NCBI RefSeq assembly: GCF_964355755.1
Contig: NC_092674.1
Location: forward strand, 6,696,001 to 6,760,000
Reading direction: 5' to 3'
From: Antedon mediterranea
Taxonomy: Eukaryota > Animalia > Echinodermata
DNA length: 64,000 nt
Of this stretch, positions 13,201 to 27,648 are shown piece after piece (the stretch's first letter is position 1; each line of letters starts with the position of its first letter). Both the position numbers and the translations under genes were made by a program. Below the pieces are notes generated by a model, which worked only from the letters and a program-made list of their open reading frames with translations, did no database searches and was not told the DNA's origin.

Positions 13201-16200
13201 TATGGAGCTGGGGTCCCGTTATGCATTTGAAATCAACACTGTCCCTGCATCTAGTATCTGCCTAAAGATGTATTGGCCCATGCCTTTCCTCTGGTTAAGG
13301 TTAGAACTGGAAAAGAGAAGCCATTTGTCAATGATAGGACCAATCAAGGTGCTTTAAAAAGTCCTGGCTTAGTTTCATCTACATTTAGATGAATGTAAAA
13401 AGAAATTGTCGCTGGAAACATACGTCGGCCATAAATTAATACCCATTTATCAACCTTGTCGTTGTCTCTACTCATCCACTGATAATCTTAAAATTTCACT
13501 TCCCACACAACCTTTTCCGTTGGAATACAATACCTCATTGTATACAGAATTCGTCCGCCTCAAAAAGTTGTTGGCTGTTGTGTCCCCTATTCTGGGGACA
13601 CCTCTATTAAGAAGACAGTTTGTTAGGTTCCAAAGATGTTACATGTTTTTGGATGCAAACTCCATCAACCATTTTCAGCGAGAGATAATGATTTTTAAAG
13701 ACATTTACTATCTATTATTGACATGTTATTGAAATATAATATTTTAAAAGCTACCTAATTGTAATGTAATAACATGTCCACCTACACTTTTGTTAATTAT
13801 GAAACTTTTTCACCCACTCAAAAATTTTAATTTAGAAAAAGTAATATTGTTATATTGCAGTTTACATATTCCATCAGCTACAGTAATTATCTGATTTACC
13901 AGATAGATGATTTAAAATTTGGTAAAATATTTTCAGCAAAAGAATTAGTTGGTTTACTTTTTAGTCGTAAGGTGGTTTCCCGAAAGATCGTAAAATCAAA
14001 ACGGTACTAAGTATGACCAATTAGCATTCTTGTCACCAACTAGGCATCCATTCATAAATGTACTGATGTAGCAGTCTATCTGTATGGCGACTACAGAACG
14101 TGACCCTAGACATGACTAACCACGACTTTTAGTTGATAGAAGATTGAAAAAATTGTTAAGAAGAGTTGTACTGTATGTGGATGTTTAATAAAATTATGTC
14201 AGTAATGTTTAGGCATATTAACAGTAATGTTTGCCAGTAGTATAGTATAACACAATTTGAATTAATAAGAATTAGATATAAGGAAGAAAAGTAAAGAGAC
14301 TATGGAGCAGCTATTCCTGAATATGCAATACTAAGTACTAAGTTTGAAATTCAACAACTTCAATATGCTAAATGAGTTATTGTCACTCTGTTGGGGACAT
14401 GCATGGGCGCTGAAAGGGACAAGTTGGTGATGTCATCTCACAATTCAAGGGTAAATGATTTAATTTGGAAACAATGATTTTACCAACTTTACGCTTTTAA
14501 TCTATTCCATTTTGTACAATAAAACCACAGCTATTAAATTAATATTTTATTCAGCACCTGTGATTACTAGTAAACATTTTTGCCCGAGAAAACTGGAAAA
14601 CCCTTTAAATTAAACTTTTCTTTTCTTAAAGTCGCAATTTTTTCTACTCTTTTCCCAAAAAAGGATTTTCAAAAGATTATTATTATAGGAATAGTATTAT
14701 TATAGGTCCTTGTTTAGAGTGTTAAAACAATATACTAGGACTTTTGGATTGTGAGCTATAGAGCTACATTGACTCTTTAGAAGTTCCAGCCACTTTGTGG
14801 AACAAATTAATGAAATAATGAGTTTATTCAACTGCAACCCAGATACACAGTTTACTATAATACAAAAAAATGATTGTAAACAAAATGTTTATGTTAAACC
14901 TATCAATAATACCAAGGTTATTACACTAATAGTTATATTAATATCCATCTTCCTACATTCAATGTGACCAATAACTGTATTACTGATTTCCTCATGACCG
15001 GAAATTCATCATGGAATGCTATCTTTCCTAGAAGTCATATTAATTTTGTTGCTTCTTCCCTTTCTAACCTGTAGTATAACATTATCAAAACCACTGCCGT
15101 CATGATTATTACATCATATACCATTCTAAGTTTATCAAAAAACAAAACCTATTATTGTGTGGCACAATTCTGGTAAAATTTGCTTTACATGCAAACAACC
15201 CACTCAGCAATAAATGAATCGACCTGTATGCTTACTAAACTAACTTTTACCTATAAAGTAAAACCCCTGTTAAGTGGACACCTTCAGGACCAAAAAAGTG
15301 ATGCCCTCTAAATAGGAGGTTGCCTGGCTGTAGTGTTAAAACATACTTCCCCCTCATATGCTTTTTTACTGAAAATTGTTCCTTAAACTAAAGTAGTTTT
15401 TATATAAATTTCAACATTGCATACTGAATATTTTTAAATAACTTTTAACATAAATTTAAAATGTCTTATATACTGTAAATGTTACTGTTGCCTTTGGATA
15501 TAATTGTTCCCCTGAAAAATATTTTGTTGTTTTTGTTGAATATGTCATTTTAATTAATAATATAATAAAAGTTATTCACTTTGACCAAAAACTGGGTCGT
15601 AAAAGTTTACCTGAAAAGTGAAGTTTTTTCGGGATTTTTTTCTAGAGAAGTGAATTACTTTTATTTTTCATGTTTTTGGGGATAAGATAAACAAATTTCA
15701 AATAAATTTGACAATAATTAATCTTCTTGAAGCAATGTATTTGACTGAAGGGGGCAGCAAATAATTTTTTTATGAAAACTTTCAAATGAAGGACGGGGCA
15801 AGACCTGTGTAAATATTCCTGTATTAGGGTACTGTCACGATGCTATCCTACCTTCACAATGTCATTTACATTTATCAAAATATCTGCTACAAATAAATTT
15901 CATGTTTACCTAAATACAACAGTAATTGATAGGTCTACTTATAGTTCATGTTCGATTTAAAATATTGTACTAAACTATTTAGTTGGTTTTTTTTCCCAAA
16001 AATATTACAAAGTGTCACATTAACCTGCAAAATCAATGACTGATAGAATTTTTATTTTACACCAATCACATCACCCTACTTTCACACATACACATTTTTT
16101 AAATTAGATCACCTATATTATAAAGGTAACACTATCATTTTCTTTAAAAGTGAAAAGAAGATTTATAAAGTTTACTAATAAAAAAGCATAAATGTGTTTT

Positions 16201-16754
16201 CACGGATATCTTTACAGATGAATACTTGTAATGATATATCCTAGAAAAAAAATTTAAAAAATATATACAGTACTGTATATAAGATTAAGGTAACAATACA
16301 TTAGGCTCTTCCCCTTTGACAAGGTGTGCGCTTTAAAGAACACCAGTTCTTCTTTTCAAAGTAGGAAGCTATCTTGGTTATTTAGGCTCAAAAATTGTGC
16401 AGAAAAGCAAAAAAATTATATTTTAAATCTATTTTGAAATAAATGGTTTATTCAGCACTATGCAGCAGAAACAGAAGACTACCTAAATATTTCAGTATGT
16501 ACACTACATAAATCTCAGTTTACAAACATTCTGATATATTAATGGGCTGTGTAGGTTTTAACGGGGTTAATATATTCAATCATGTTTGTGGTAACATTAA
16601 TGCTGATTGACAAATGTACAACCTGATACCACAATATTGCTAGATGCTATTAAACAAATAAAAAATACAGTATGAGCATTCTCAACCATTTATTTTAGTT
16701 CAAAGTTTTCAGTAAGGGTATTAGTTGTCCTACAAAATGTTTTACAAGATGTTA

Positions 16755-17310
16755 TTTATTTTTGGGTATCACGCTATTGAATAGTTACTCATTTCACTAT
16801 GTTATTTTTGGGTATCACGCTATTGAATAGTACTAATTTTTACTATGTTTATTTTTGGGTATCACGCTATTGAAAAGTACTAATTTCACTATGTTTATTT
16901 TTGGGTATCACGCTATTGAATAGTACTAATTTTCACTATGTTTATTTTTGGGTATCACGCTATTGAATAGTACTAATTTTCACTATGTTTATTTTTGGGT
17001 ATCACGCTATTGAATAGTACTAACTTTCACTATGTTTATTTTTGGGTATCACGCTATTGAATAGTACTAATTTCACTATGTTTATTTTTGGGTATCACGC
17101 TATTGAATAGTACTAACTTTCACTATGTTATTTTTGGGTATCACGCTATTGAATGGTACTAATTTTCACTATGTTTAATTTTGGGTATCACGCTATTGAA
17201 TAGTACTAACTTTCACTATGTTTATTTTTGGGTATCACGCTATTGAATAGTATTAATTTTCACTATGTTTATTTTTGGGTATCACGCTATTGAATAGTAG
17301 TACTCATTTT
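16755..17310. repeat. 47-bp minisatellite, 12 copies
   Basis: tttatttttgggtatcacgctattgaatagtactaattttcactatg. Confidence 0.96.
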
Positions 17311-17743
17311 CATTTAAAACATTTTTAAATTATAACATGTTTTATTAAAATTGTTGAGGTATTTATATATTGTTCGATAAGATGATTTGGTTTAGGAGGA
17401 TGCTACTTAACGTATACTCAAATAAATGCCCCATTTTGAATTGTTATTATTTAAATTAGCACAGTTTATTAATGGTTTTAATCTAAAAGAGGCATGGTAT
17501 ACTGTACATACTAACTGTAAATACTGTACATGGAGCAAGAGCAGTTCATTCTGTTTAGGCCTATGATTGATTGATTGATTGATTGTGCTTGATATAATAA
17601 AATGTCGGAGAGAGAGGCTTATGTTGGTTTATCCAGGTAAGCTAGGCACGATATAGACACATAGTATTTTTAATACTAATAATACTTATTTTTAATTGGT
17701 GTATCTCATTATAACTTTGTTTTGTTTGGTTTTATTTTGACTT

Positions 17744-17912
17744 AATTTGTGCTACTTAGTTTTGTTATTTTTGTATTTTATAAGTAATGATGGAGTAAGA
17801 GCAGTTTTCTGTTTGGGCTCATGCCTATTACTTGCTCCTGGCAAGATGAATTGTAAAATGTACTTTATGAACTTTTGCCGAATAAATATTATTATTATTA
17901 TTATTATTATTA
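17744..17912 (+). mobile_element. 3' end of a non-LTR retroelement with AATAAA and (ATT)n tail
   Basis: near-identical reverse-complement copy at about 33635-33800. Confidence 0.75.
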
Positions 17913-20396
17913 TAGTATTATACTTTGGCGTGTCATCCAGAGGGTACAAAGTGTCAACGAAAGTGTACAAAGTGGCATGCAGGGGGTAACATGGTACCAT
18001 TTCAGTTCTCCTTCTCACTTTCGATACTGACCAAAGAAACCACAAAATAATTTATTTTGTTTATGCAATCTTCCCACTCCCATAACCTGTATATGCCCCT
18101 AAAACAAACTTATGCCCAGATTTAATATTAATTGTAGAAAGGCTCTTTAATCGATCGTGTAGCATTACTGTTAATTGCTAAATGCAAAATTTGATACAAT
18201 GACTGTGGCATAACAGTTTCTATGTGGGCACTAGTTGACCTGAAAAATTTTCAGTAAGGTTTTGATTCTGATTTGAACTTGCCTCCTCTCTTTGATGCTG
18301 TCCGACAAACCACTTAAAAATTTGCTTCACATGCAATCAGCATACTCAGCAATAAATGAACCGACCTGTATGCTTACTAGACTAACTTTTACCTATAAAG
18401 TAAAACCCCTGTTAAGTGGACACCTTCAGTACCCTTAAATAGGGGTGATGCCTGCTTGTACTGTTAAAACATATATTGCCTTTATTCTTTTTACTAAAGT
18501 GTCACTTAATAGGAGTTTGCTCTTAATATAGGTGTGCCCTTAATATAGGGGTGTTCCAAAGGAGGGGTTTAACTGTTTTGAACAAACACTATAATACCAA
18601 TAATAGTATCAGTGCAGATCCTTGGGTGGGGTGGAGGGGGAGTTTGTGAAGCAATACCTTGCATACTGGATGTTCGCACCCAAAACTTCAGTATAAATAA
18701 TGCATGCCAACAGCAACTGTTTGTCTACTTAAAGCTAAACATGAAATAGATAGCAGCTGTAATTTTGTAATTTAATTTTTGTTACCAAATACTGTAGTGA
18801 GTGGGACATTTCTTCTCTGCCTGCCACAAATGTTATCAAACCTCTTTTTCCTTCTACAACTTGGCATCTGTGAACTAACTCTAGTCTTGTGGTAGTTGAC
18901 ACACATTTAATCAGGGTTGATATTTGTAAATCATACAATTATGTTTAAGGTTACATTACTGTTGATTGAAAAATGTAAAACATGAAACAAGAATTTCATG
19001 TGCATGCCTATAAAACAAAGACAATTATGAGCACTTTGATTTTAATTCAAAAGTTCAAAAAGAAGTCTATAGGAGCATTACTGATCAACGAAATGTTTGA
19101 AGGAGGTTATGATTTTTATATAGTTTTAGTAGGCTCATTTCAAGTTACAATTTCAATTTTGTTCGCATGACACTCACAGATTTCAAAAGGTTTAAACTGA
19201 AGATCACAAGCAACAAAAAGTAAAAATAAATAAGTAGTTATTATAAACTTCACTTCATACATCCGTCTCATTAATTTTGTTCAGAACTTTGAATTTCAAG
19301 TATGATAAATGGCGTATGAGGGCTCCATGGCTAAACCCAGGGACCCCGGAGCTTATGGGGGCCCATGAGCAGTGCCCTGAGGAAAAAACAGGCATTCAAA
19401 TATGTTGAAAAAGGCTAAAAACTCCCGAGGTCCCCAGCGTTAGAGGGCCACTTTAGGGTTTCTAAACCAGGGGCCACAGGCCTCTGCGTTACGCCACTGA
19501 GTATGCTGTACTTACCTACTGTATCTACAAATTTAACTACATATTCATTTCACAATTATCACCAGACAAAAATTTAAATTTCTAGTATGGCATGACAATG
19601 TTGACAAAAATGTCTACATACAGTTACGCTTTTTGACAGAGGTCAAGAAACACAAGTTTTATAGCCGAATTCCCAGGGGTAGCATAAGAGTGGGGTTCAA
19701 GAATGAGAGGAACTCCGAGTCCTAGTGAGGGAATTATGCCCCAACAATTGACCCTAATTAATTTTCAAGCATACAGTATGTGTTTGTAAAATGCTTTCAA
19801 CATAGTTAATGTCTTTTTTCATGGGTTATTAAAAAGTGTCAAAATATGAAATTAATGAAATTTTTAAAGTCAGACTTGTCTGATTCTTATAGGTGGCCAG
19901 TAGGCTTACATGGTAGCTATGATGGTACTGTATTTTGTTACTGGGTGTGATTGGATTCAGACATCAAAAAAACATTATCTTAAATCTAAATTTAATGTTA
20001 TACAAAATAAATCTTTTATTTATAATTAATAGTTAATGATCAGGGATGTAACTTGAGATGTCGATGATGGTGGGTCGCAAAAAGAAAAACAGGTACCCAA
20101 AGCGCCTTGGGTTGCGGATACATGGTGAAATTTGGCTGGTTGTATGTAAAACTCTGTCTACAGTATCAAACTGTGACAATAAAATGTGATGTGACCAAAT
20201 ATGGAAGTGATATACAAATATGGTAGTGCTATATTATCATCATGTCCATGTATTGCCACATCCAATTTTTTGTCATATAAAGTTTGATAGTGCAGACAGA
20301 GCTTTAGACATCTAATAAGCTTCAGGAGGGGTAGAAAACTTAAGGTGGATGTCCAACACAAATACATCATTGATTTTTATTTATGAAAAAGCCAGA

Positions 20397-20578
20397 GGCC
20401 GTATTTACCAATCACACTTAAGTGAGATAAATTTCCCTTAAATATTGAATATTTCACTTAACTCAATAAATAAGTGTTTCTCTTAAATTAAATTGTATTT
20501 ACTTAGAATTAGATAGGGGATTTTTTAAATTTTAATGGTAAGTGTTTCTCTAAGAAAGTGTGAATGGTGAATATGGCC
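20397..20578. mobile_element. short TIR MITE
   Basis: ggccgtatttaccaatcacactt ... aagtgtgaatggtgaatatggcc. Confidence 0.65.
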
Positions 20579-21565
20579 ACAGGATTTGATGTTATCCTAC
20601 TCAAAAAATGTGATCTTCGAGCATATTCAGAACTTAGGAACAAGACAACTGGCAACATAAAACATCAGACCACCTCAAAAACACAACATGATTGTTCATT
20701 ATTCTACACAGACAGATAAACTTTATTTAATATAATATTTCTCAAAAACATATGCCGTATGTACACAATCCGGCAGTGCGTTGGCCTGCTTTAAAACTAT
20801 CAATCATTTTTTACATAAATTTCACACTAATGACAGACTCTAACCTTTGCATTTTACGCCATATTATTCAATCATTGAAAAGGCCACATGAGTGGAAAAC
20901 GTGCTGAAGACACATAGGAATGTGAAGCGAGGGTCTCATTTGAATGCTTGTAACATTTAAAAGTGACACCAAGATGAAACTACTCCCAGCAGGGCCAGGC
21001 TTTATATGATATGCTTAACAATAATTATTTAAAATTGATGATTTACAGCTAAACAATGGTATAGAGAATACGAATGGTTTTTATAATATTTCTCCACTCT
21101 ACACAACTCTAAACAACACAGAATAGCCTATACCTTTTGCTGATTTTTTCTACAGCGCCATGAGCAATGAATGTTGGAATGGCGCTATATAAATCGAACG
21201 ATTGATTGATTGATATACAAATGAAACATAAAACAACAAACAAAATAAATAATGATTGAATTAAACTAACGGACATCATCTTTAGTCAATCATGATGACA
21301 TCACTGTGACTTGAAATTGGTCTCAAAAATAGATTTTATAACAACATAAATATGCAATCCTAACATACGCTTAACAATAATTGTATTATTTAAAATTGAT
21401 GATTTACATCTAAACAATGGTAATAGTATAGAGATTTTGAATGTTTAATTTATTATTTTTTATTTACTCTACCTAAACCAACTCTAAAGAAAACCTGAAT
21501 AGCTTATAAAAACTGCAACCTAAAGCATGTGTGTAATCAGTGCAAGTTTTTCATCATGTGGGTTA

Positions 21566-21994
21566 AGCTTGGTTCCCACTAGAACGTAACGCAAGGACGT
21601 AAACGCAATGCAAGCGTTTTAACCAATGACAAGCGAAGTTATAGACAGTTTGCAATCACAAGCGAATAAGCCATCGCTTGTGATTGGTCAATTCATTTGC
21701 GTTGCTTTACGTCCTTGCGTTGCGTCGCTAGTGGGAACCAAGCTTAACCAATGACAAGCGAAGTTATAGACAGTTTGCAATCACAGGCGAATAAGCCATC
21801 GCTTGTGATTGGTCAATTCACTTGCGTTGCTTTACGTCCTTGCGTTGCGTCGCTAGTGGGAACCACGCTTAACCAATGACAAGCGAAGTTATAGACAATT
21901 TGCAATCACAAGCGAATAAGCCATCGCTTGTGATTGGTCAATTCACTTGCGTTGCTTTACTTCCTTGCGTTGCGTCGCTATGGGAACCACGCTT
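21566..21994. mobile_element. palindromic MITE with its right half triplicated in tandem
   Basis: TIR aagcttggttcccactag/ctagtgggaaccaagctt; about 125-bp unit x3; related single copy at 58449-58611. Confidence 0.85.
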
Positions 21995-22075
21995 TAGGAA
22001 GAGATAGCTGAGTACCAAACATTAGGTTTGCGTTAATTATAATAACATATAAACGATTTCGAATAAGAGAATTCG

Positions 22076-22225
22076 ATCCAACTCGGCCCTAAACCGTCTC
22101 GGCCAAAGTCAAGTCGGCCCCAAGTCAAGTCGGCCCCAAGTCAAGTCGGCCTCAAGTCAACTCGGCCTCAAGTCAACTCGGCCTCACGTCAACTCGGCCA
22201 AAAAATAATCGGTCAACTCGGCCCC
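22076..22225. repeat. 15-bp tandem repeat caagtcaactcggcc (probably transposon subterminal repeats)
   Basis: about 8 imperfect copies. Confidence 0.8.
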
Positions 22226-23757
22226 GTTAAAGTATGGAACGCAAAAAGTGCTAATGAAGAATTATAAACACATACAGTACAGTATTGTCTTTGTACTGTA
22301 TATATCTTCTAAACCATGCTCACATCATTCATGTGTAGCTTTAGGGCACCTTCTAATAATTTAAAGTATGCCGATTTAAAAAATGTATATTTTAGACAAA
22401 TTTAGAGGCCAAACTGCTGAACATGCCTATTGCTAATTCTCGACCATCTTTACAATGTATCACTCAGGTCACAGAGAGGTCAAACATACACGTCCTACAG
22501 ATGCGCCGTACAGATGCGTATCAGCTAGTATATTATTTTATAATTCTTTCAATTTCTTTTGAAATAATAATCATCATAACATTTTGTGATACTGACGGCC
22601 AATACAATAGAATGTAAAATTTAACAGGTGACAGAAATGTGGAGGTGATGTATTTTTAAAAAGAACATACCACAGGTAAATGATATGCCCCTTGACAAAT
22701 TTATCAAGCCAGGTAAATTCTAAGAAGTTTCCAGCAAGGTTAGTCTGTCTACATACCTGTGTCTATAACACAAATTAGTAAACACATACAATATATTTGA
22801 CAAATTATCTTTTTAGTTTTAAATCATTTTTGGTTGTTAAAATGACATAATATTTTATTCATTTTATATAATATTAATTATTATTTACTACCTTATTTCT
22901 CTGTAAGTATGAACTTTGTACTGTATTATTTATATATTATATGTTATGAAGGAAATAAATATTATTATGAAATGAAATAATGAATGAAAAATCTCTAGGT
23001 AAAATAGTGTTTTATAGTAATCACTTATCCGTTGATTAAAACAGGACAAATCGGGACACACCTATTCAGGGGAGACTTTCCTGTGAAAAATGGGTAATAC
23101 AATTAATGTTTAACACTAAGGCCACAATTTGGAGGGTAACTGTGCTGCTTATTCGAAGTTCCTTATTTAAATTATGAGCTTATAATTTGGAGAAAGCAAC
23201 ACATGAAAAATTGTATTTACACATTGTATTACAGAAATGGAAATTTTGCGAGTTAGAAAGTTATGAATCTATAGAGGGCAGCAAACAGGTTTATTAATAT
23301 ATCACATACATATTTTTAAGGAAAACATTACATTTAAACTCGGAAATATAATAAGCTAAATGTGATTAAAGTCTAAAAAACTTGTAGAATTAGTAGACAG
23401 TTGAAGTATTTTAATCTGCAGTTTTTAATTTAAGCTAATTACTATGATTGGCTAGGCCATCATCACCCCACACTTAAATCTGAGGATGCACCATGATGGG
23501 ATGATATTCTACCTAGCCTAGCCTAGGGCCTAACTAAGAAAAGTCTGGTGGTTCATTCAGGCCTCATTGGCCTACAATTTTTAAGTCCTGGTTTTAAAGT
23601 ATATACTTTACTGCCAACTTAAAAGAATATATCATAAACATTTAAAAAAATAATTATACTTACCTACTGAGATCATATTTTACAACAAAACAACCACAGC
23701 GAAATTAACACATAAAATCTGACCACCCTGTGTGTAAACTTTTTTTATTTAATTTAA

Positions 23758-26700
23758 GAGCCATTGTCTGTAAAAATCAAAGATTTGGTGGCAGATGTAA
23801 AAAAATGGATTTCTCTCAAATTTTTACCATGAATAGACATTTCAATAAAAAGCATATCTACAACATTCATTTTAATTTTTAGCCTCCGTTGCCATGACAA
23901 CGGTCAATTATCCAAATTTTGTTGTTTTTGCCATTTTTCACAGATTTTCTATAGTGAAAAAGTACAAACTTGTATACTTATTTTAACCAAAAATACTTAC
24001 ATTATACGGTTTTTGTTTATAGCAGTGTAAACAACATGTATTGAGTTCCATTTAATGTAGAAAAAAAATAAATTACAAAATGGAGTTTGGTTGATACCAT
24101 TATTTTAAAAAGGGGTGTTTTTAAAAAATATTTTTTTTATAAAAGTATACCTCATAAACGTACCTATAACTTCCAAAGTGGTGTTTTTAAATCAATCAGG
24201 TTTTTTAATTTGATAGTCAATAGGTTTTTCAACAATAATCACGAAAAAAACACTGGGGTAAATTTCGTACATAGGTTTTGTGTTGCCAGGAAAATACGAA
24301 AAATGCAAAAAATATAACAAAATATCAACAAACAAAACACATGAAACACAATTTAAATATGGCTAATCCAATAATAAAATGTATATATGGCTTGTCATAT
24401 TGCTACTAGAGTCATACGAATAGTTTAGATAAAATAGGAGAATGTGTTGCCAGGTTTATTTCAATTAATTGCCAGAAAAACAGTATTTTGCATTGAAATA
24501 TTTAGTTGATGGAAAATAATGTTAAACTTGGAAATAATTGAGTCAATGGTTTTTATAAATTTTTAAATCTATTTTGTGTAAAGAGATACAGAAAGACCTC
24601 CCAAAAAATCTGACCTTGTAAATAGGTCATTTGAGGTCAAAAGGGGTCAGATTGCAAAACAGGACAGGTCCCCACTTTACTACAACTATTAATGTTTGAT
24701 CAAAATTTACAAGATAGTTCATAACAATTCTCAACAATTTTCATATTTTACCTATAGTGTTACCTTAGCAACCATTTCTATGTGTAACTAAGGAAAGTAA
24801 TTTTTAAAAAACGTAAAAAATGGCGTTTTTATAAATACAAAGAATTGATTGCATTTGTACATGTTTCTCAATTTTACTTCTACTGCATTCCATTAATGAC
24901 CAACTTGACCTTGTAAATTCATTCATTTTGAGGTCAACATTTTACCATAGTAACTTTTTCTATGCGAAAATTTAAAAAAAATAAGGGGTTTTTCATAAAT
25001 AAAAAACATTTTTTCTACATAGTTTTACATTTCTACTTTTTGCCAAATTTACTTTAAATACTGAATCCTAATAATCTCAGAAAGAAAGTCTTGAAGAATC
25101 TGAATAAAGGTTAAAAAAAATGACCTTTAGTGTTATCTTAAACCTGTTTACGTAACAAATGATATTTAAAAAAAAAATTAAATATGGAGTTTCATGAAAA
25201 AATAAAAATTTTACATATTGAGGTCAAATGACATCAACATTTTACCTATAGTGTATTGTAGCAACTGTTTCTATACGTAACTAAGTACAATATTTTTAAT
25301 ATGGGGTTTCATGACTACAAACAATTGATTACATAGCTTTACTACCTTTTCCCAAATTTACTTATCTACTGAATCCCAGAAAATGTCTGACCTTGTGAAA
25401 AAAATTTTTTGGTCAAGTTATGTCAAAATGTATTATTTATGTTATCTTAGAACCTGTTTCTATGCGTAACTAAGGATAATTGTTTTGTTAAATACAGTTG
25501 TGGCCACCCTCGGGACCTGGAAAAGTGGCCGCTTACGGGCGGTGACCCCTTACGGGAGGTTCTGCCGATAAAGGGCCAAAATCACTTATTATGGCTATAT
25601 ACGATATTCTTAACGAAACGAGCCTCTCAATTTTCCAGCTAATTGTAGGCATATTATTATTTATAATCAGGTGGTTTAGTATTTTTTAGCATTTTCAGAC
25701 AAATTTTAAAAACTTTTATCATATGAAAAATGGTCGGTCAAAATCTGTGTAGTTTTCTCATCTCTTCACAGTAATGTTTTTAAAACCTCTTCAAAATAAA
25801 GCTAATATATAAAGAAATACAATAAACATGCACCTCTAATTCATAGGTCCATGCAATAAGTATCACATTTTTCGATTGGCCGCTTACAAAAAATCTCACT
25901 TTTAGTATAAAAAGGTGCTCGCAGCTGCTTACGGTAAGCACCAAATGCACTAATTAGATAGGAAGAACAAACAGGCTTTTCAAAGTGCGTCCGTTAAGGG
26001 AGGTGGCCGCTGTAAATAAAATATGGGGTTTTCATGAATAAAAATAATCACAGAAGAAAGTGCTTACGAATATGACCTTGTGAAACGGTAATTTGAAAAT
26101 GCAAATAAGGCATGCCTGCTAATAATCTACAAATTTAAATTTGTATGAGATAAATATGCAAAATCTAAAGAATATCTCATTTTTAGTTACCATAGTAACT
26201 GTTGCTATGCATAACTAAGGGAAATTAAATAATTATCAGATAATTATTAATTAATAATTATTACTGAATCCAACCATCACAGTAAAAAAAATATAGAATT
26301 TAAAACCAATATTTAATAATAAAGTGTGATATTTTACATGCTGACCTTAAATGAAATGAAATTTCAAATCAGGGCTTCAATATTTGTTATGTAGCATTAA
26401 CATACCTGAGTATATCATTGACTTTTGATTGGTTCTATTTTGGGGAGGGGAAAGTGGTGGATCCAGGACTTTTAAATAGTTAGGTGGTTGAAGGCGAGGG
26501 TCTAAAAACTTAACTTTATGTCCTATCTTTTGCATTGCAATTTTTAACTTGGGGTGGGTGGGGGCTTGGAGAAAAGGGGGAGGTGGTTGGATGGAGGAGT
26601 TTGAATCCGTCTATTCATTGGGGCGATAGTAGCGGCAGTGTGGGTGGTGCTTGAATGCATGCATTTGACACTCTATAGTGGATGATCGACCAAAGTGTTG

Positions 26701-27648
26701 CAGTTTATCTTTTTGTGGTTATAGTCGGGGTGGGGGTGGGGAGGGGTGGTAGTCGAAAGTGGTGGTGGATGGGCATATGGGATCTGCTTAGGTTAGCAAA
26801 TAAAAGAAGTAAACAAATGAAAGAGGAGCTTCAAAATAAGAGAGGAGTAATCTGTTGCAAAGATTAAAATTCACAACGATCTGATAATTTATTCAAATTT
26901 CCAGAGGATATAACCTATAAAATGACATTAAAACTGGGAATTACAGAATCTATAATTAAAAATTAATTTTTTTTCTCACAACACAACTAGAACTATATAA
27001 AACATTAAGAATTTTTCTGACCAATGAGTTTCAAATCAAATAATCAAAGAAAATAAAATGTTTTTACTAATATACCATGTTTTTTTTTATATAAAAATGC
27101 CTATGTTTCTCGCAACACTGCTTGTAGATTTTAAATTTACCCCAGTATTTTATTTTAGAAATCAATTATTAAACATTAGAACTACCTATTTGTAATAAAT
27201 CAGCTAAAAAAATACACCACTTTGGGCGTTATGGTGAAGTAAAGTTTAGTTGCATTGAACAATTTAAAAAAAGTGAAAAACACCCCTTTTTAAATAAATG
27301 GTATCTCCCAAAGTATGAAATAAAAAAAAATAAAAAAATTTGAAACAGGTACACAATGCATTGTTATTATGCATACACTAATTATTTTTTATAATTAAAT
27401 GAACAACACAAAAATATCGCTCATCAAAGTAGTGCCAATATCCATTTTAAAAAACCTTAAAAAAGGACAAAATTTGTCAAAAACACAAATTTGGCCGTTG
27501 CCATGGAAATATACGTTTGAAATAAAAAATACTTCATATTTGATTTCTCGCAACACATATATAGCCATGTGCAAAATTTGAAAGAAATCCATTTTTTTGA
27601 GTCTGCCACTTTTTTTGATATTTCTTTGATTCTTACAGACAATGGCTC
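23758..27648. mobile_element. non-autonomous Sola3-like DNA transposon
   Basis: TTAA on both flanks, GAG...CTC termini (gagccattgtctgtaa/ttacagacaatggctc), degenerate TIR over several hundred bp, internal subrepeats, no transposase ORF. Confidence 0.8.
25495..26012. mobile_element. MITE nested in the Sola3-like element
   Basis: TA-flanked CAG...CTG ends, repeated gtggccgctt subterminal motifs. Confidence 0.5.

Noticed and set aside
16755-17310. CRISPR-like regular array
   Set aside because: No unique spacers; plain minisatellite in eukaryotic DNA.
17747-18045. ORFs with poly-Ile runs, duplicated at 33586-33795
   Set aside because: Translation of the (ATT)n retroelement tail.
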